The position numbers and the translations under genes were made by a program. This document shows positions 23,515 through 35,308 of a stretch of 64,000 nucleotides of DNA, one piece after another. This DNA is from Sulfolobaceae archaeon (GTDB lineage: Archaea; Thermoproteota; Thermoprotei_A; Sulfolobales; Sulfolobaceae): positions 32,001 through 96,000 of the forward strand of contig JAWARQ010000001.1 of the NCBI GenBank assembly GCA_038893355.1. The letters are read 5' to 3'. Numbering within the stretch: position 1 is the stretch's first letter; the number at the start of each line of letters is the position of its first letter. The notes under the pieces are model-generated. The model had not been told where the DNA came from. It did not search any database and saw only the letters and a program-made list of their open reading frames with translations.

Positions 23515-24771
23515 TTAAACTTTCATGGCTCTACCTAACCTTTTGTGAGCCTTGCCCAGCTCCCTATTAGCTAATGCTGCTAACAAATTTAATTCCCCTG
23601 CTAATACCGTTGCTGCTATAATTTCTGCTAATTTCTTAGCATTAAATCCCATAGGTTTACCACTTTCTGGGATACCCATGATTTTTAATGCTTCTTTCTG
23701 CGTAGGAAGTCTAGTACCACCACCGACTGTCCCTACTTCTAAAGAAGTTAAGGTCACTGAGATATAAAGATCATTACCTCTAACCTCAGTCCATGTAAAT
23801 CCCATACTACTTTCAACTATTTGTGCAACGTCTTGGCCGGTAGCAATAAATATTCCTGCAATAATGTTTGCAAAATGAGCATTAAATTGAAAAATCGTTC
23901 CACCTCTTGCTCCACCTAACCAATTTTTCCTTAAATTAACTTCGTGAATAAGATTAGGATCTGATTTTAATACCTCTTTAATAACTTCGTATTTAATTAA
24001 TGCTTCCGCAACTACAGTCTTTCCCCTTCCATGCAATGAGTTTATCATAGACTGCTTCTTGTCTGAGCACATATTACCGCTCACTGCTATACAGTCAGCA
24101 TCTGGGAAATTCTCTTCTATGAATTTACATGCTTCTTCTACTGCAAATGTAACCATATTCATACCCATTGCATCACCGGTTTCAAAAACAAACCTTAACC
24201 AAACGTTATTACCTAAAACAAAAGGTTCTATCGATTTCAATCTTAAATGAGATGAAGTAGATTCTGTAACTCTCTTTAAATCATTATATTTCTCATAAAC
24301 CCATTTTAAAAACTCACTTACTTGAATTATACTATTAAACTTTATTACTGGAGCCCTAGTCATCCCATCAAATATAATTTTAGTTTTAGCACCACCACTC
24401 TTAGTTATTGCCTTGCATCCCCTATTAACGCTTGCAACCAACGCTCCTTCAGTTGTAGCTATTGGAACAAAAAAGTTACCATTAGCGTATTCGCCAATAA
24501 CTTTTAATGGACCTACAATTCCTAAAGGTAATTGAGCAGCACCTATCATATTCTCGATATTTCTGTTCTTTACTTCGGCGTAATCAATTATTGTAGAGCC
24601 AATGGAAGACAAAGAAATACCTAAAATTCTTTCAAGGGCAATCCTTCGTGCAACGACTGCAGCATTAGATTCCAATAGTTCATCAACATCATGAAATTCT
24701 ATCTCGCCCTTAACTAATTTCTCCACAACCTCTTCAATTTTTGATTTAAGCGTATTCTCAGTCATTTTCAT
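23515..24771 (-). CDS. hmgA: HMG-CoA reductase class I
   Basis: [30 protein letters not shown]. Confidence 0.97.
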   Translation of the reverse strand: MKMTENTLKSKIEEVVEKLVKGEIEFHDVDELLESNAAVVARRIALERILGISLSSIGSTIIDYAEVKNRNIENMIGAAQLPLGIVGPLKVIGEYANGNFFVPIATTEGALVASVNRGCKAITKSGGAKTKIIFDGMTRAPVIKFNSIIQVSEFLKWVYEKYNDLKRVTESTSSHLRLKSIEPFVLGNNVWLRFVFETGDAMGMNMVTFAVEEACKFIEENFPDADCIAVSGNMCSDKKQSMINSLHGRGKTVVAEALIKYEVIKEVLKSDPNLIHEVNLRKNWLGGARGGTIFQFNAHFANIIAGIFIATGQDVAQIVESSMGFTWTEVRGNDLYISVTLTSLEVGTVGGGTRLPTQKEALKIMGIPESGKPMGFNAKKLAEIIAATVLAGELNLLAALANRELGKAHKRLGRAMKV

Positions 24772-25162
24772 CTATCTTAAATTTTATTCCATAAATTATT
24801 ATCCCAGTACTTGAATCAGTCCTTAACCTCCTTAACGTAGCTCTTACCTTTGCACCTTCTTTTATCTCTTCACCCTCTACATCAGTTAAAGGTGCAATTA
24901 TCCTTAAACCATTTTCAAATTCTATTAGCCCTATATACTGTGGCATTACTTTTTCATATCCGTCTCTCAATTGATAATTTACGGTATATGTTACTAACCT
25001 TCCCTCAGTGTTCAAATTAACCTTCTCTACATTACTCGATTTACAATTAGGACAAAGTTTTTGAAATGGAAAGTATAAATAACCGCAATCCCTACACTTT
25101 AAAGCAGTTAAAGAATATAGGATTTCCTTATTTCTCCAAACTTCTGAAGGGGAAACTTTCAT
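24758..25162 (-). CDS. DUF35 Zn-ribbon/OB-fold scaffold protein
   Basis: CRDC...CPNC, ATLRRL, YGIKF; lies between thiolase and hmgA. Confidence 0.9.
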   Translation of the reverse strand: MKVSPSEVWRNKEILYSLTALKCRDCGYLYFPFQKLCPNCKSSNVEKVNLNTEGRLVTYTVNYQLRDGYEKVMPQYIGLIEFENGLRIIAPLTDVEGEEIKEGAKVRATLRRLRTDSSTGIIIYGIKFKIDEND

Positions 25163-26265
25163 TAAATCACCTCGAGAACTGAAATGTAAGAACTTCTGCC
25201 TATATCATCCATTGAGACTATAATTCCAGCCTTTGCATCTTTTACCTTTTTACCTGGGAACATTGAAGTTAGTTGCAAGTATACCTCTGCTAACTGATAA
25301 ACTCCAGTAGCACCACCAGGATATCCTCTAGCCTTTAAACCTCCACTATAATTCAGTGCTGGAATTTCCGAGAGCTTCTCGAAAGCCTTTCCTTTTTCAA
25401 CTAATCCCAAAGACTCTAACTGAAGTGCTGCTAATATACTATAAGAATCATGAATCTCGAGTAAGTCAGTTTTTCTTAATTCCTCTTCGATCTTTGATTT
25501 AATTTCCCGTAATGACAGTAACTCTAGCTTATTCCAATCGATTTCTCTAGTGGAACCTATAACTTTCTTTAATTCGACTATTCTATCTGAAATTTGTTTT
25601 CTCTCTTCAGAAACTAAAAGTACTGAAGCTACACCATCAGCTCTTGCACCTACATCAAAAATTCTTAAAGGTTCTGATACTAACTGTGATTCAATTATTG
25701 TCTTTTTATCAACAGTAAACTTAAGGTATGCATAAGGATTCTCTATAGCATATGAATGCATTAAAATAGGCCATTCAGTAAAATATTCATAATCCTTCTT
25801 ATATAATTTCATGTAAAGTTTCATCATAATAGCAGCTATAGATTGAGGAGTAATTCCAGAAAAGTATTCATATTCGTTCATAATAGTTGATATAATATCG
25901 TTTAGATATTTTGAAGGGAAATCTGATAGTTTTTCTACCCCGATTAATAATACTTCCTTTGCAATTCCAGATTTAATAAGTGAAAAAGCAGTGAGTATGC
26001 CTAGCCCACCACTAGCATCACCGTTTTCAACTCTAAAAGAAGGTACATAATAGCCTAATGCCATACTTAACTTTGTAGAGAGTTCAGATACTCGATTCGT
26101 TAGTTCTGCATAACCATTTGCTATAACTATAGCATCTGGATTTAAACTATAATTTATATTTTCATTAATTCTTTTCACACTATTTATAGCAAGATCTAAT
26201 AATCCTTTATCATAATGCCTATTTATACTCTCTATTGCACAACCTGCAATATAAACTTTAGTCAA
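25162..26265 (-). CDS. Thiolase-family protein (acetoacetyl-CoA thiolase-like, catalytic motifs altered)
   Basis: GVEK, EIHDSY, SGGLKARGYPGGATG; ENGDASG in place of the Cys motif. Confidence 0.85.
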   Translation of the reverse strand: MTKVYIAGCAIESINRHYDKGLLDLAINSVKRINENINYSLNPDAIVIANGYAELTNRVSELSTKLSMALGYYVPSFRVENGDASGGLGILTAFSLIKSGIAKEVLLIGVEKLSDFPSKYLNDIISTIMNEYEYFSGITPQSIAAIMMKLYMKLYKKDYEYFTEWPILMHSYAIENPYAYLKFTVDKKTIIESQLVSEPLRIFDVGARADGVASVLLVSEERKQISDRIVELKKVIGSTREIDWNKLELLSLREIKSKIEEELRKTDLLEIHDSYSILAALQLESLGLVEKGKAFEKLSEIPALNYSGGLKARGYPGGATGVYQLAEVYLQLTSMFPGKKVKDAKAGIIVSMDDIGRSSYISVLEVI

Positions 26266-27315
26266 TTATTCATACACCTTATATTTATTTGTAAATTTTG
26301 CATATTCAGCGTAACTTACAGAGATTTTCTTTGATATATAATAATCTAACTTCTTACCTATTTTTTGTCGTTCTAAAATCTTATCAGTTATAACTATACT
26401 AAATGCATCACTACCCGCTCCACTCCCAAACGGTGCAACCAGTATTCTTTCTCCAGGCTTTGCAACATCTAGTACCCTAGCTAGACCTAAAAGTGCGGAT
26501 GCATTATAAGGATTACCTATATAGTTTGCAATTAAGCCTTGTTTAATCTTTTCTAATGGAATATTAAGCTTCTTAGCAACTTGAATTGGGAACTTCCCAT
26601 TAGGCTGGTGAAATACAAAATAATCAAAGTCACTTAACTTATAACCGTTCTCTTGAATAAGATTAATAACAGCGGAAATTATATGATGAAAATAGGCTGG
26701 CTCTCCAGTAAATCCTTCCCCATGAACTGGATACGGTGTACCATCTCGTCGCCAAAAATCAGGGGTATCAGAAGTATATGAAGAAAAAGCTTCAAAGATC
26801 CCAGAAGCTTCATTTGAGGGACCTATTACATAACTAACTGAAGCTGCAGCAGAACTTAACTCTAAAACATCTCCTGGATTCGATTGAGCAGTATCAGAAC
26901 CTATAACTAAACCATATTTTATTTGTCCAGATTCTACCATACTTGAAGCAAGTCTTATTCCAGCTGAGGCACCTCTACATGCAAATTCTAAATCTACTCC
27001 TAAAGAATTTCGTGAAATCCCTAATGCGTCAATCAGAATAGTAGCCGTAGGTTTTACAGCATATACTTTTGACTCAGATCCAAATAATACTAAACTTATA
27101 TCTGATGGTGAAATATTAGATCTTTTAATTGCTAGGACTGAAGACTCCCATGCCATTGTGGTAGAATCTTCATCATGTGCTGGAACTGACTTCTCTGTTA
27201 AACCTAATGACTTTGGTACTGTAGGTTCTAAGCCCCATAATCTTGCTATCTCACTAGAATTTAACCTAAATTTAGGGATATATGCACCCCATCCTAAAAT
27301 TCCTGCTCTTTTCAT
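26266..27315 (-). CDS. hmgS: HMG-CoA synthase
   Basis: [39 protein letters not shown]. Confidence 0.93.
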   Translation of the reverse strand: MKRAGILGWGAYIPKFRLNSSEIARLWGLEPTVPKSLGLTEKSVPAHDEDSTTMAWESSVLAIKRSNISPSDISLVLFGSESKVYAVKPTATILIDALGISRNSLGVDLEFACRGASAGIRLASSMVESGQIKYGLVIGSDTAQSNPGDVLELSSAAASVSYVIGPSNEASGIFEAFSSYTSDTPDFWRRDGTPYPVHGEGFTGEPAYFHHIISAVINLIQENGYKLSDFDYFVFHQPNGKFPIQVAKKLNIPLEKIKQGLIANYIGNPYNASALLGLARVLDVAKPGERILVAPFGSGAGSDAFSIVITDKILERQKIGKKLDYYISKKISVSYAEYAKFTNKYKVYE

Positions 27316-27425
27316 TCTTAGAACATTCACTTTTCTACATATATAAATCTTTCGGCAAGTGTCTTACTAATACATAGACACTTGTCTATTAAATTATTTA
27401 AAAGGTTCTTAATTTGATATAAAAC

Positions 27426-27480
27426 AGATGATGAAGAGTCTGAAATTGGGAAAAATGACATCACCAGCTCACTCTGAACT
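27426..27480 (+). ncRNA. Candidate C/D-box sRNA
   Basis: C box ATGATGA 27428-34 and D box CTGA 27474-77, 50 nt end to end; degenerate internal D'/C'. Confidence 0.4.
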
Positions 27481-27867
27481 TCTATCTGCATAAAATACTT
27501 GATACTTCTTTGGTCTTAACTTCTGTACAATAAAATTAAATCCAGCCTCTGGATCACTCTGAGATCCGCATGTATATACATCAAGTGTAGCATATTTATA
27601 TTCTATCCATGTATGTAAGGCTATATGGCTTTCTTCTACTAACGCTATTACTGACACACCGCCTTTCTTTCCACCAAAGGACCAAGATTTAATCTCTACT
27701 AAATGCATATTTGCCATTTTTACTGCATCTAAAACATATTTTTCAAGTAGTTCTCTATTTCCTAATATTTCTGGATCTATATCATATAAATTTCCAAAAA
27801 CATGTTTCCCTATTATTTTATCATCATTTTGTATAGAATGAGTTTGGGAAGACTCTTCACTTCCCAT
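27469..27867 (-). CDS. Pyruvoyl arginine decarboxylase (AdoMetDC paralogue)
   Basis: [24 protein letters not shown]; position next to hmgS as recalled for Sulfolobales ArgDC. Confidence 0.8.
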   Translation of the reverse strand: MGSEESSQTHSIQNDDKIIGKHVFGNLYDIDPEILGNRELLEKYVLDAVKMANMHLVEIKSWSFGGKKGGVSVIALVEESHIALHTWIEYKYATLDVYTCGSQSDPEAGFNFIVQKLRPKKYQVFYADRSSE

Positions 27868-28036
27868 CTCTTTTTCCTTGACCTCCGAATATTCGCTATT
27901 GAGAATTAGTTAATAAAGGTATTCCTTATCGACCATAGAAAAATACTTTAATAAGTTACATTCAGTAAAACGAAAAATCCGTGATATAGGCACAATAAAT
28001 TTTAAGCTCTAATACATGAAATAATAATTAGATCAT

Positions 28037-28109
28037 GCCGCCGTAGCTCAGGCGGTAGAGCGCCGGCCTTGTAAGCCGGTGGTCGCGGGTTCAAATCCCG
28101 CCGGCGGCT
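28037..28109 (+). tRNA. tRNA-Thr(TGT)
   Basis: GCCGCCG/CGGCGGC acceptor; CCGGC-CT TGT AA-GCCGG. Confidence 0.95.
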
Positions 28110-28731
28110 TATTATTCTTATTATATTATAAAAAATATATAATATAAATAATTCTAATTTTACTTATTCTTCAACACAGTTAAGTTATAATTATAAGGCA
28201 AAATAAAATGAGTGGTTAAATTTACTCTATACTCTTCCTCATAACAATCTTTCGAAACCTTTACATGTTTAGAGAAATAATAGGCAGGTTTAAGAGAGTT
28301 AAGTTGCCTATATTAGTATTTTAAAAATTCTAAAAATTATTAAAAATTAAAAAACTGTTTAAAGTAAATTTTGGTTAGAGTAAAAATATATCTACGACGA
28401 GAGACAGATAGTTATAATTAAATTGAAAGAAATATAAAGACAGAATATTAAGATTATTAATAGAGAGGGTATTAGGAAAACTTAAAATCAATATTAAGTA
28501 TTTATAATAACTTTTATAAATCTATAAAACTCTTGACTTCTAGCATTAGACTGACCTTGTGAGAAATAATCCATTCTCTCTAACATTCTAAATCATCCTT
28601 AACTTCTTATCATCATCTAACGTTTATTTTTGGTATATTTTATGTTAATTAATGTATTATATATTACACGGTTACATATTTAACCTCGCTATTACACTTA
28701 CACATAATTCTATAAAAAGAATAGAACACTA

Positions 28732-28813
<82 letters not shown>

Positions 28814-29156
28814 ATTCTACTACTCCTAAAAATTATAAAGATTTACTCTTCTTCTCTATTTATAGTCTTAGTAAATGGTCTTAGGTATCATTAAGATTAT
28901 TGTTAATATCTTTTTATTAACTTAAAATTTTATATTATTTAAAATTTAAATTATATGTTAAATTATTATAATCAATATTAGAACAATCTAAGTATAAGAT
29001 ACATCTGATTCCTCACTAATTGTATAGACGTTTAGAAGCAATTATTTAAATAAGCTACTCATCTGCAGTTAAGTTTTCCGTTGCGTTAATTCCTTCTTAG
29101 TAATTCGTTAGAATAAATTTATAACCAAATCCTACAGAAAACCTTTAGGTCTAAGA

Positions 29157-29870
29157 ATGTTTAAGAATAATGATTTCATATATATAGAATATACTGCCAG
29201 ATTAGAAGATACTGGAGAGGTAATAGATACTACGAATCAAGAAGAAGCTAAAAAACATAATATATATTCTCCAGATAAAAAATACGGGCCTAAACTCGTT
29301 ATCCTCGGAGAGCATAGGGTACTTGAAGGACTAGAAGAAGAACTTTACAAGTTAGAATTAAATAAGGAGGTAGAGATTAAAATACCGCCTAAAAAGGCAT
29401 ATGGGGAAAGGGATCCTTCTAAAGTAAAAATAGTTTCGTTAGGAGATCTAAAAAGACAAGGAATAAATCCTTCTCCAAATTCGATTTTAAGATTAGCTGA
29501 TGGTTCATATGCTACAGTTAAGAGTATTAGCGGTGGAAGAGTTATACTTGACTTAAACCATCCTTATGCAGGAAAAACAATAATTTACAATGTTAAAGTA
29601 GTTAAAGTTTTAGAAAAAGAAGAAGAAAAAATAAAAGCATTATTAGAGAGATGGTTTGGTAGTGATTCTATTGAAAAGATAAGATTTGAAATAGAAACTA
29701 ATAATAACATAAAAAATATCAAATTTATAATACCTAAAGAATACTATTTAATTGAGGATTTCCAATTAAAGAAGTATATGTTGGCTAAAGATATTTTAAC
29801 TTATGTACTACCAGAAGCAACTATAACGTTTATAGAAACATACGATAAATCTACTATAGCTAGTCAATAA
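29157..29870 (+). CDS. Long-type FKBP peptidyl-prolyl isomerase (SlyD-like)
   Basis: [33 protein letters not shown]. Confidence 0.92.
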   Translation: MFKNNDFIYIEYTARLEDTGEVIDTTNQEEAKKHNIYSPDKKYGPKLVILGEHRVLEGLEEELYKLELNKEVEIKIPPKKAYGERDPSKVKIVSLGDLKRQGINPSPNSILRLADGSYATVKSISGGRVILDLNHPYAGKTIIYNVKVVKVLEKEEEKIKALLERWFGSDSIEKIRFEIETNNNIKNIKFIIPKEYYLIEDFQLKKYMLAKDILTYVLPEATITFIETYDKSTIASQ

Positions 29871-30906
29871 CTTCAGTTTCTTTTGCAATTTTCTCAGCAG
29901 AAGACCACGTAAGTCCTTTATCACCTAAAATAGTATATCTTTCTGGCCGAATAGTATGTGCTATCGTAAGAGCCTTGATAACTATCTCATCTGGAATTCC
30001 CAGCTCTTTAGCCTTTACTGGTAGGCCTATTCTCTTAAAATTATTTCTAATCTTTTTCCAGTTAATCCCGTGAACATATGCCATCATTATTGTACCTAAT
30101 GCTACAAGTTCTCCATGAAGTGCAGTAGTCGGTATAAGTAATTCAACTGCATGCGCAAATAGATGCTCAGAACCGCTTGCTGGTCTGGTACTTCCAGCCA
30201 TACCCATTGCTACTCCGCTACTTATTAATGCTTCCATTAAAGTCCTAACGGCCTCCTTATAATTTTTATTTATCATGTTTATTACGTTCAATGCATGTTT
30301 CGCTGATAATAGAGCTAGTGATGCAGTATATTCACCATAATACTCCCCCCGAAGCTTCATTGCTAATCTCCAGTCTCTTACTGCAATAAGTTTAGCTACT
30401 GTATCCCCTATTCCAGCATTTATTAACCTACGCGGTGCAGAGCTTAAGATCTCTATATCTGCAACTATTGCCAGTGGTCCCTTAGCTTTAACCGAAACTG
30501 GTTTTCCAAGACCCTTAATTGACGCAAATGGAGAAGTTATACCATCATGAGAAGGGGCAGTTGGAATACTAATAAACTCAATTCCAGCCTTGTATGCTGC
30601 ATATTTACTTACGTCTATAACTTTACCTCCACCTACCCCTATTATTACATTAGCCTTTACTTTCTTTACTAAATCTTCAACTTCATACACTTCATCTATA
30701 GTTGGGGCCTTTACTTCTTTGACTTCAAATTTATAATCGCCCAAACTATCTTCAATCTTACATGTTATTGACTTACGTACATTTGGTCCAGTTAATATTA
30801 TAATAGGATTTTTAATATTTAATAAATTTAAATAATCTTTTATATTATTAATTACATTATAACCCACTATAATCTTTCTAGGTAGATCAATTAGATGTTC
30901 ACTCAT
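29860..30906 (-). CDS. egsA: sn-glycerol-1-phosphate dehydrogenase
   Basis: [36 protein letters not shown]. Confidence 0.95.
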   Translation of the reverse strand: MSEHLIDLPRKIIVGYNVINNIKDYLNLLNIKNPIIILTGPNVRKSITCKIEDSLGDYKFEVKEVKAPTIDEVYEVEDLVKKVKANVIIGVGGGKVIDVSKYAAYKAGIEFISIPTAPSHDGITSPFASIKGLGKPVSVKAKGPLAIVADIEILSSAPRRLINAGIGDTVAKLIAVRDWRLAMKLRGEYYGEYTASLALLSAKHALNVINMINKNYKEAVRTLMEALISSGVAMGMAGSTRPASGSEHLFAHAVELLIPTTALHGELVALGTIMMAYVHGINWKKIRNNFKRIGLPVKAKELGIPDEIVIKALTIAHTIRPERYTILGDKGLTWSSAEKIAKETEVID

Positions 30907-30978
30907 CTTTAATAAGCTGAACAAGATTTAAATATTAAAAGATTACCTATTCTACTAGTAACTGATTTTTCTTAAAGA

Positions 30979-32874
30979 GTGGTGAATAGTTTGCCTAATT
31001 TGAGATATAATATAATAGCGGTAATATATAATAATATACCAAAGGAAGCAGTAATAACAAAAATTGAGTTTGAAGGACCGGAAATTGCAGTATATTTAAA
31101 GAATCCTTCTGTGCTTGCTGATAAAATTGATATTATAAGAAATATTGCAAAGGAAATCAAGAAAAGAATTGTAATTAAGGCTGATAAGACGGCAAGAAAA
31201 GACCAAAGAGAAGCAGTAGAAATTATAAAAAGCATAGTTCCTATGGAAGCGCAAATTACTAGGATAGAATTTGATGAAGATCTTGGAGAGGTTATAATAA
31301 AGGCAAAAAAACCTGGATTAGTTATAGGTAAAAGCGGTTCTATTCAACAAAAAATATTCTTTGAAACTTTCTGGAGACCTATAATAGTTAGAGAACCTCC
31401 GATAAAGTCAAGAATTCTTGATAGTTTACTTACCCATTATGCGAGTGAGACGGAATATAGGGCTAAAATTCTAAAAATTTTCGGAGAAAGAATCCATAGA
31501 GAGATTTTATATAAGGATAATTACGTGAGAATAACTGCATTAGGAGGGTTTCAAGAGGTAGGAAGATCATCTATACTTGTGGAGACTAAGGAAAGTAAGG
31601 TATTACTAGATGTTGGTGCAAATCCTAGCGCAATGTATACAGAAAGAATGTTTCCAAGACTTGATATAGAACAAGTGAAACTTGAAGAGATAGATGCTAT
31701 AGTAGTAACTCATGCTCATTTAGATCACTGTGGAATTGTACCATATTTATTTAAATATGGTTATGAAGGACCCGTCTATGTCACACCGCCTACTAGAGAT
31801 ATTATGGCACTTATACAACTAGATATGCTAGATATTGCTGAAAGAGAAGGGAGACCTTTACCATATACTGCTAAGGAAGTCAGAAAAGAATTATTACATA
31901 CAATAACTCTTGACTATGAAGAGGTAACAGATATTGCTCCAGACATTAGGCTTACTTTCTATAATGCTGGCCATATAATAGGATCTGCAATGGCACACCT
32001 ACATATTGGTGATGGACTACATAATATTCTCTATACTGGAGATTTTAAGTATGCGAAAACCAGACTTTTAGATAGGGCTACAGACGAGTTTCCAAGAGTA
32101 GACACTCTAATCATGGAAACAACTTATGGTGATCATGATCAACAAAGTAGAGAGGAAGCAGAAACACAACTCATTACTATAATAAATGAAACTATAAATA
32201 GAAAAGGGAAAGTACTAATACCGGTTTTGGCAGTAGGTAGAGGACAAGAAATAATGTTAGTACTAAATGAAGCAATAAAGAACAAGCTAATGCCAGAGGT
32301 ACCAATTTATATAACTGGTCTAGTTGAAGAAATAACTGCAATTCATAATGCTTATCCAGAGTGGCTGAGCAGAGAAGTTAGAGAAGCTATACTTTATAAG
32401 GATGAAAATCCATTCACGTCACAGTATTTCCATAGGATAGATGGAATTCGTGAAATAGATGAACCTAGTGTAATAATAGCACCTTCTGGAATGTTAAATG
32501 GTGGTCCAGCCTTAGAGTACTTCAAGATGTTAGCCCCTGATAGTAAGAATACAATTATATTTGTAAGTTATCAAGCAGAGGGGACTTTAGGAAGAAAAGT
32601 CAGAGATGGTGTTAGGGAAGTCCAAATAATAAATAGGGAAGGCAAAGTAGAGAATATAAAAATAAATATGGAAGTTAAAGTAGTAGAAGGATTCTCTGGG
32701 CATTCGGATAGAAGACAATTATTAAACTTTTTGAAAAATATAACACCTAAACCTCGCAATATAATATTAGGCCATGGAGAAAGAAGCGCAATAGCTTCTT
32801 TTATGCAATTATTAGAGAAGAATAGAATAAAAGCTAGAGCACCAGAGATTCTTGATAGTATAAGAGTTGTCTGA
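30979..32874 (+). CDS. fttA: aCPSF1/FttA beta-CASP ribonuclease, transcription termination factor
   Basis: N-terminal KH domains, [23 protein letters not shown]. Confidence 0.96.
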   Translation: MVNSLPNLRYNIIAVIYNNIPKEAVITKIEFEGPEIAVYLKNPSVLADKIDIIRNIAKEIKKRIVIKADKTARKDQREAVEIIKSIVPMEAQITRIEFDEDLGEVIIKAKKPGLVIGKSGSIQQKIFFETFWRPIIVREPPIKSRILDSLLTHYASETEYRAKILKIFGERIHREILYKDNYVRITALGGFQEVGRSSILVETKESKVLLDVGANPSAMYTERMFPRLDIEQVKLEEIDAIVVTHAHLDHCGIVPYLFKYGYEGPVYVTPPTRDIMALIQLDMLDIAEREGRPLPYTAKEVRKELLHTITLDYEEVTDIAPDIRLTFYNAGHIIGSAMAHLHIGDGLHNILYTGDFKYAKTRLLDRATDEFPRVDTLIMETTYGDHDQQSREEAETQLITIINETINRKGKVLIPVLAVGRGQEIMLVLNEAIKNKLMPEVPIYITGLVEEITAIHNAYPEWLSREVREAILYKDENPFTSQYFHRIDGIREIDEPSVIIAPSGMLNGGPALEYFKMLAPDSKNTIIFVSYQAEGTLGRKVRDGVREVQIINREGKVENIKINMEVKVVEGFSGHSDRRQLLNFLKNITPKPRNIILGHGERSAIASFMQLLEKNRIKARAPEILDSIRVV

Positions 32875-34177
32875 CTTCCTCCTCACCCTGGAAGGGTGAG
32901 GGTTCCCTCCCAGAGGGTTCATCGTTCCCACCATTGATTCGGGTTTACATCTCTCATCTGGTGGGCAGTCGAGAGGGTTAGAGACCCCTCCCATTCAAAT
33001 TAACTACAGCGATAACATCCCTATCATTCTCATAACCACAAGACGGACAGCTGAAGTACCTATAACCTACTTCTTTAATCTTTTTACTACACTTAGGGCA
33101 TGAAACTGATGAATAGTGAGGATTAACATATTGAACCAACAAGCCATGCTTCTTAGCCTGCCACTCAATCCAGTACTGAATCCTACGATACTGCATAAGA
33201 TACAGTTCATCCCTAAACTCACGTGGTAGTTTATTAACATGATTAATCAAGTTCTTGAGGTTCTCTAACTTAATAACATTAGCATTAAAACCCTCAGCAA
33301 CCTCAACAACCCACTTCCCTACCTTTCTAGCAAAGTACTCCATGATTCGCTTAACCTTAGAGTGGAATTGCTTAATCCTTGCAAGTATGTGTTTATTACC
33401 CCTCCACCTCTTAGAATACTTTCTCTGCAGAGCTTCAGCTAGAGTCTTCTAATGATGAATCTCATGAAGACGAGTTGGAATCCTAACGTAATGAGTCTCA
33501 TCCTCCCCCACTACTATCTCATTCATGTTAATATCGACAGCAATGCTACCCTTAGCTTCTATACTCCCTTTTGGCTTTTCAAAAACAACCTTTAGAAAAG
33601 CCTTATCACCTTTGACTACTAACCTTGCTTCCTTCATCTTCCAGTTCATATAGTCCTTAATGTTTCTAGGATAACCGAGGATGGGGAGCTCACCGACACC
33701 AGCAATTCTAACAGTCATCCTTTCTAAGTCCACGTTATAGCTTGCTTTTGGTGTTAACCATACAGTTGGCTTATACACTCTAGGAAACCTACCCCTCCTT
33801 GGGTTATTATACCAACCCTTGTATACTGAGAGTGCATCCCTATAACAGTCCTCAGCAACCTTTGATGGTAGATTGTATTCCCCTCTTAACTTATCATATA
33901 ACTCCTCATGGACTTTTCCTAACACACCCTTCTCTTCCGGATTTGGAACATTCTCCTTCAGCCAGAATAGGGTGAAACGTAGTGCCTTAACGTAGTTATT
34001 CGCGAGGGCTAGGAGGGGTTCAGATAAGGCAATCTTCATCGAAACAGTAGCTCTGATCGCTTTAACCCTCCTAGCTATTAGGAGAAAATTAAAAGAGCTA
34101 ACATTTAAACTTTATAAGGGGGCATCCATCCCCGCCTTAAAAGGCAAGGCTTTTCGCCCCCTTAACTCCTATTTTTG
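32871..34177 (-). mobile_element. IS200/IS605-family tnpB-only element (~1.3 kb)
   Basis: GC shift; right end ...GAAGTCAG with hairpin cctcaccct-gga-agggtgagg (32881-32901); left-end hairpin at ~34118-34160; minus-strand TTAC (34178-81) just outside; no target duplication. Confidence 0.88.
32919..34078 (-). pseudogene. tnpB: tnpB RNA-guided nuclease, disrupted
   Basis: IAVDIN, LENL, CPKC/CPSC, NDRD motifs; in-frame TAG at 33449-51 joins the two listed ORFs; ATA at the expected start; probable 1-nt deletion near 32985. Confidence 0.9.
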
Positions 34178-34212
34178 GTAAGCCTTTTAGCTTTATTTAT
34201 TAATTACAGCTT

Positions 34213-34854
34213 ATGACGGAAAGTAAAAAAGTTTTGAATTCTAAAACTAAAATTTTTAATTCTATTTTTAAATTAATAATAAGCATATTACTATTTATTA
34301 TTATATTAGCTTTTATAAACGTAGTATTAGTTACATTATTAAAGCAAATATATATTAATATACCTTATTTAATAAATCAAGGCCTTGATATATCGCCTTA
34401 TTTACCTTATATAAATACTGGTATTTCTATATTATTTGGATATCTTATTATTAACTCCTTCTCTGAAGTCATATATTGGAATTTAAGATTGCGATATGAT
34501 CATAGTACTTCACACTCAGTGAGAAATTTAATTAGAATTATTGGAATTGGAGCCTTAGCGGCTACAATTGCTGGAAGTACTGCAGGAGGTACTGCAGGAG
34601 TCGCTCTAGGTGGATTTTTAGGTATTGTAATAGGTTTTGCAACACAACAAATTTTAGGACAAGCCATAGCTGGTCTATTTTTATTAATAGCTAGACCATT
34701 TAAGATAGGAGACGTAGTAACGGTAGCAGGAGATACTGGGAAAGTAGAAGATATAACTACATTATTTACTTTTATAAATAAAGGAGATCAAATTGTACTA
34801 ATACCAAATAATTCAATTATAGGCAATAAAATATATATATTAAATAAAAGATAA
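34213..34854 (+). CDS. mscS: MscS small mechanosensitive channel
   Basis: TM helices, GFATQQILGQAIAG, RPFKIGD, IPNN. Confidence 0.9.
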   Translation: MTESKKVLNSKTKIFNSIFKLIISILLFIIILAFINVVLVTLLKQIYINIPYLINQGLDISPYLPYINTGISILFGYLIINSFSEVIYWNLRLRYDHSTSHSVRNLIRIIGIGALAATIAGSTAGGTAGVALGGFLGIVIGFATQQILGQAIAGLFLLIARPFKIGDVVTVAGDTGKVEDITTLFTFINKGDQIVLIPNNSIIGNKIYILNKR

Positions 34855-35017
34855 ATATAATTAAAAATTTAAAAATATTTATATTATAAAAACTGATTTA
34901 AGATTTAATTCTTTATTATCTAATTATTTCAATTAAAGTATCTTATCATTATTTATAAATTTATAAATTATCAGTAATCATAAACTATCCTGCGATAATT
35001 ATAAAGCGGGGAAAGGT

Positions 35018-35239
35018 GTGGTTAATAAGACTTACACATCTGGTGATATAAGAATTCGTGAGGTTAAGGGAAAGTATTATATCTACGTTATAGAGAAGGA
35101 TAATGAAGGTAAGAGAAAGGATCGTTATGTGGGTCCTTTATCTGAGGTCGTGAAATTAGCATTAGCAGTAAAGGGTATGGGGGCAGTGCCCCCCACAATG
35201 GGCCCGCAGGGATTTGAACCCTGGACCACCCGGTTATGA
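35018..35239 (+). pseudogene. SSV-type integrase N-terminal fragment overlapping the tRNA (att scar)
   Basis: IREVKGKYYIY...RYVGPLSEVV...GPQGFEP runs antisense into the 3' half of tRNA(CAT). Confidence 0.85.
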
Positions 35240-35272
35240 GCCGGGCGCTCTGCCGGGCTAAGCTACGGGCCC
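35199..35272 (-). tRNA. tRNA(CAT), probably Ile2
   Basis: GGGCCCG acceptor typical of archaeal tRNA-Ile; CCCGG-CT CAT AA-CCGGG. Confidence 0.88.
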
Positions 35273-35308
35273 ACTATTAAAAATGTTATCATATTGGATT
35301 TTTAAGAA

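Noticed and set aside
33449-33451. In-frame TAG in tnpB as pyrrolysine or programmed readthrough
   Set aside because: No pyl genes in the window; a single TGG to TAG change and other lesions indicate ordinary decay
34577-34600. 12-bp tandem gtactgcaggag in mscS
   Set aside because: Short, in frame and in a Gly/Ala-rich helix; too weak to count on its own
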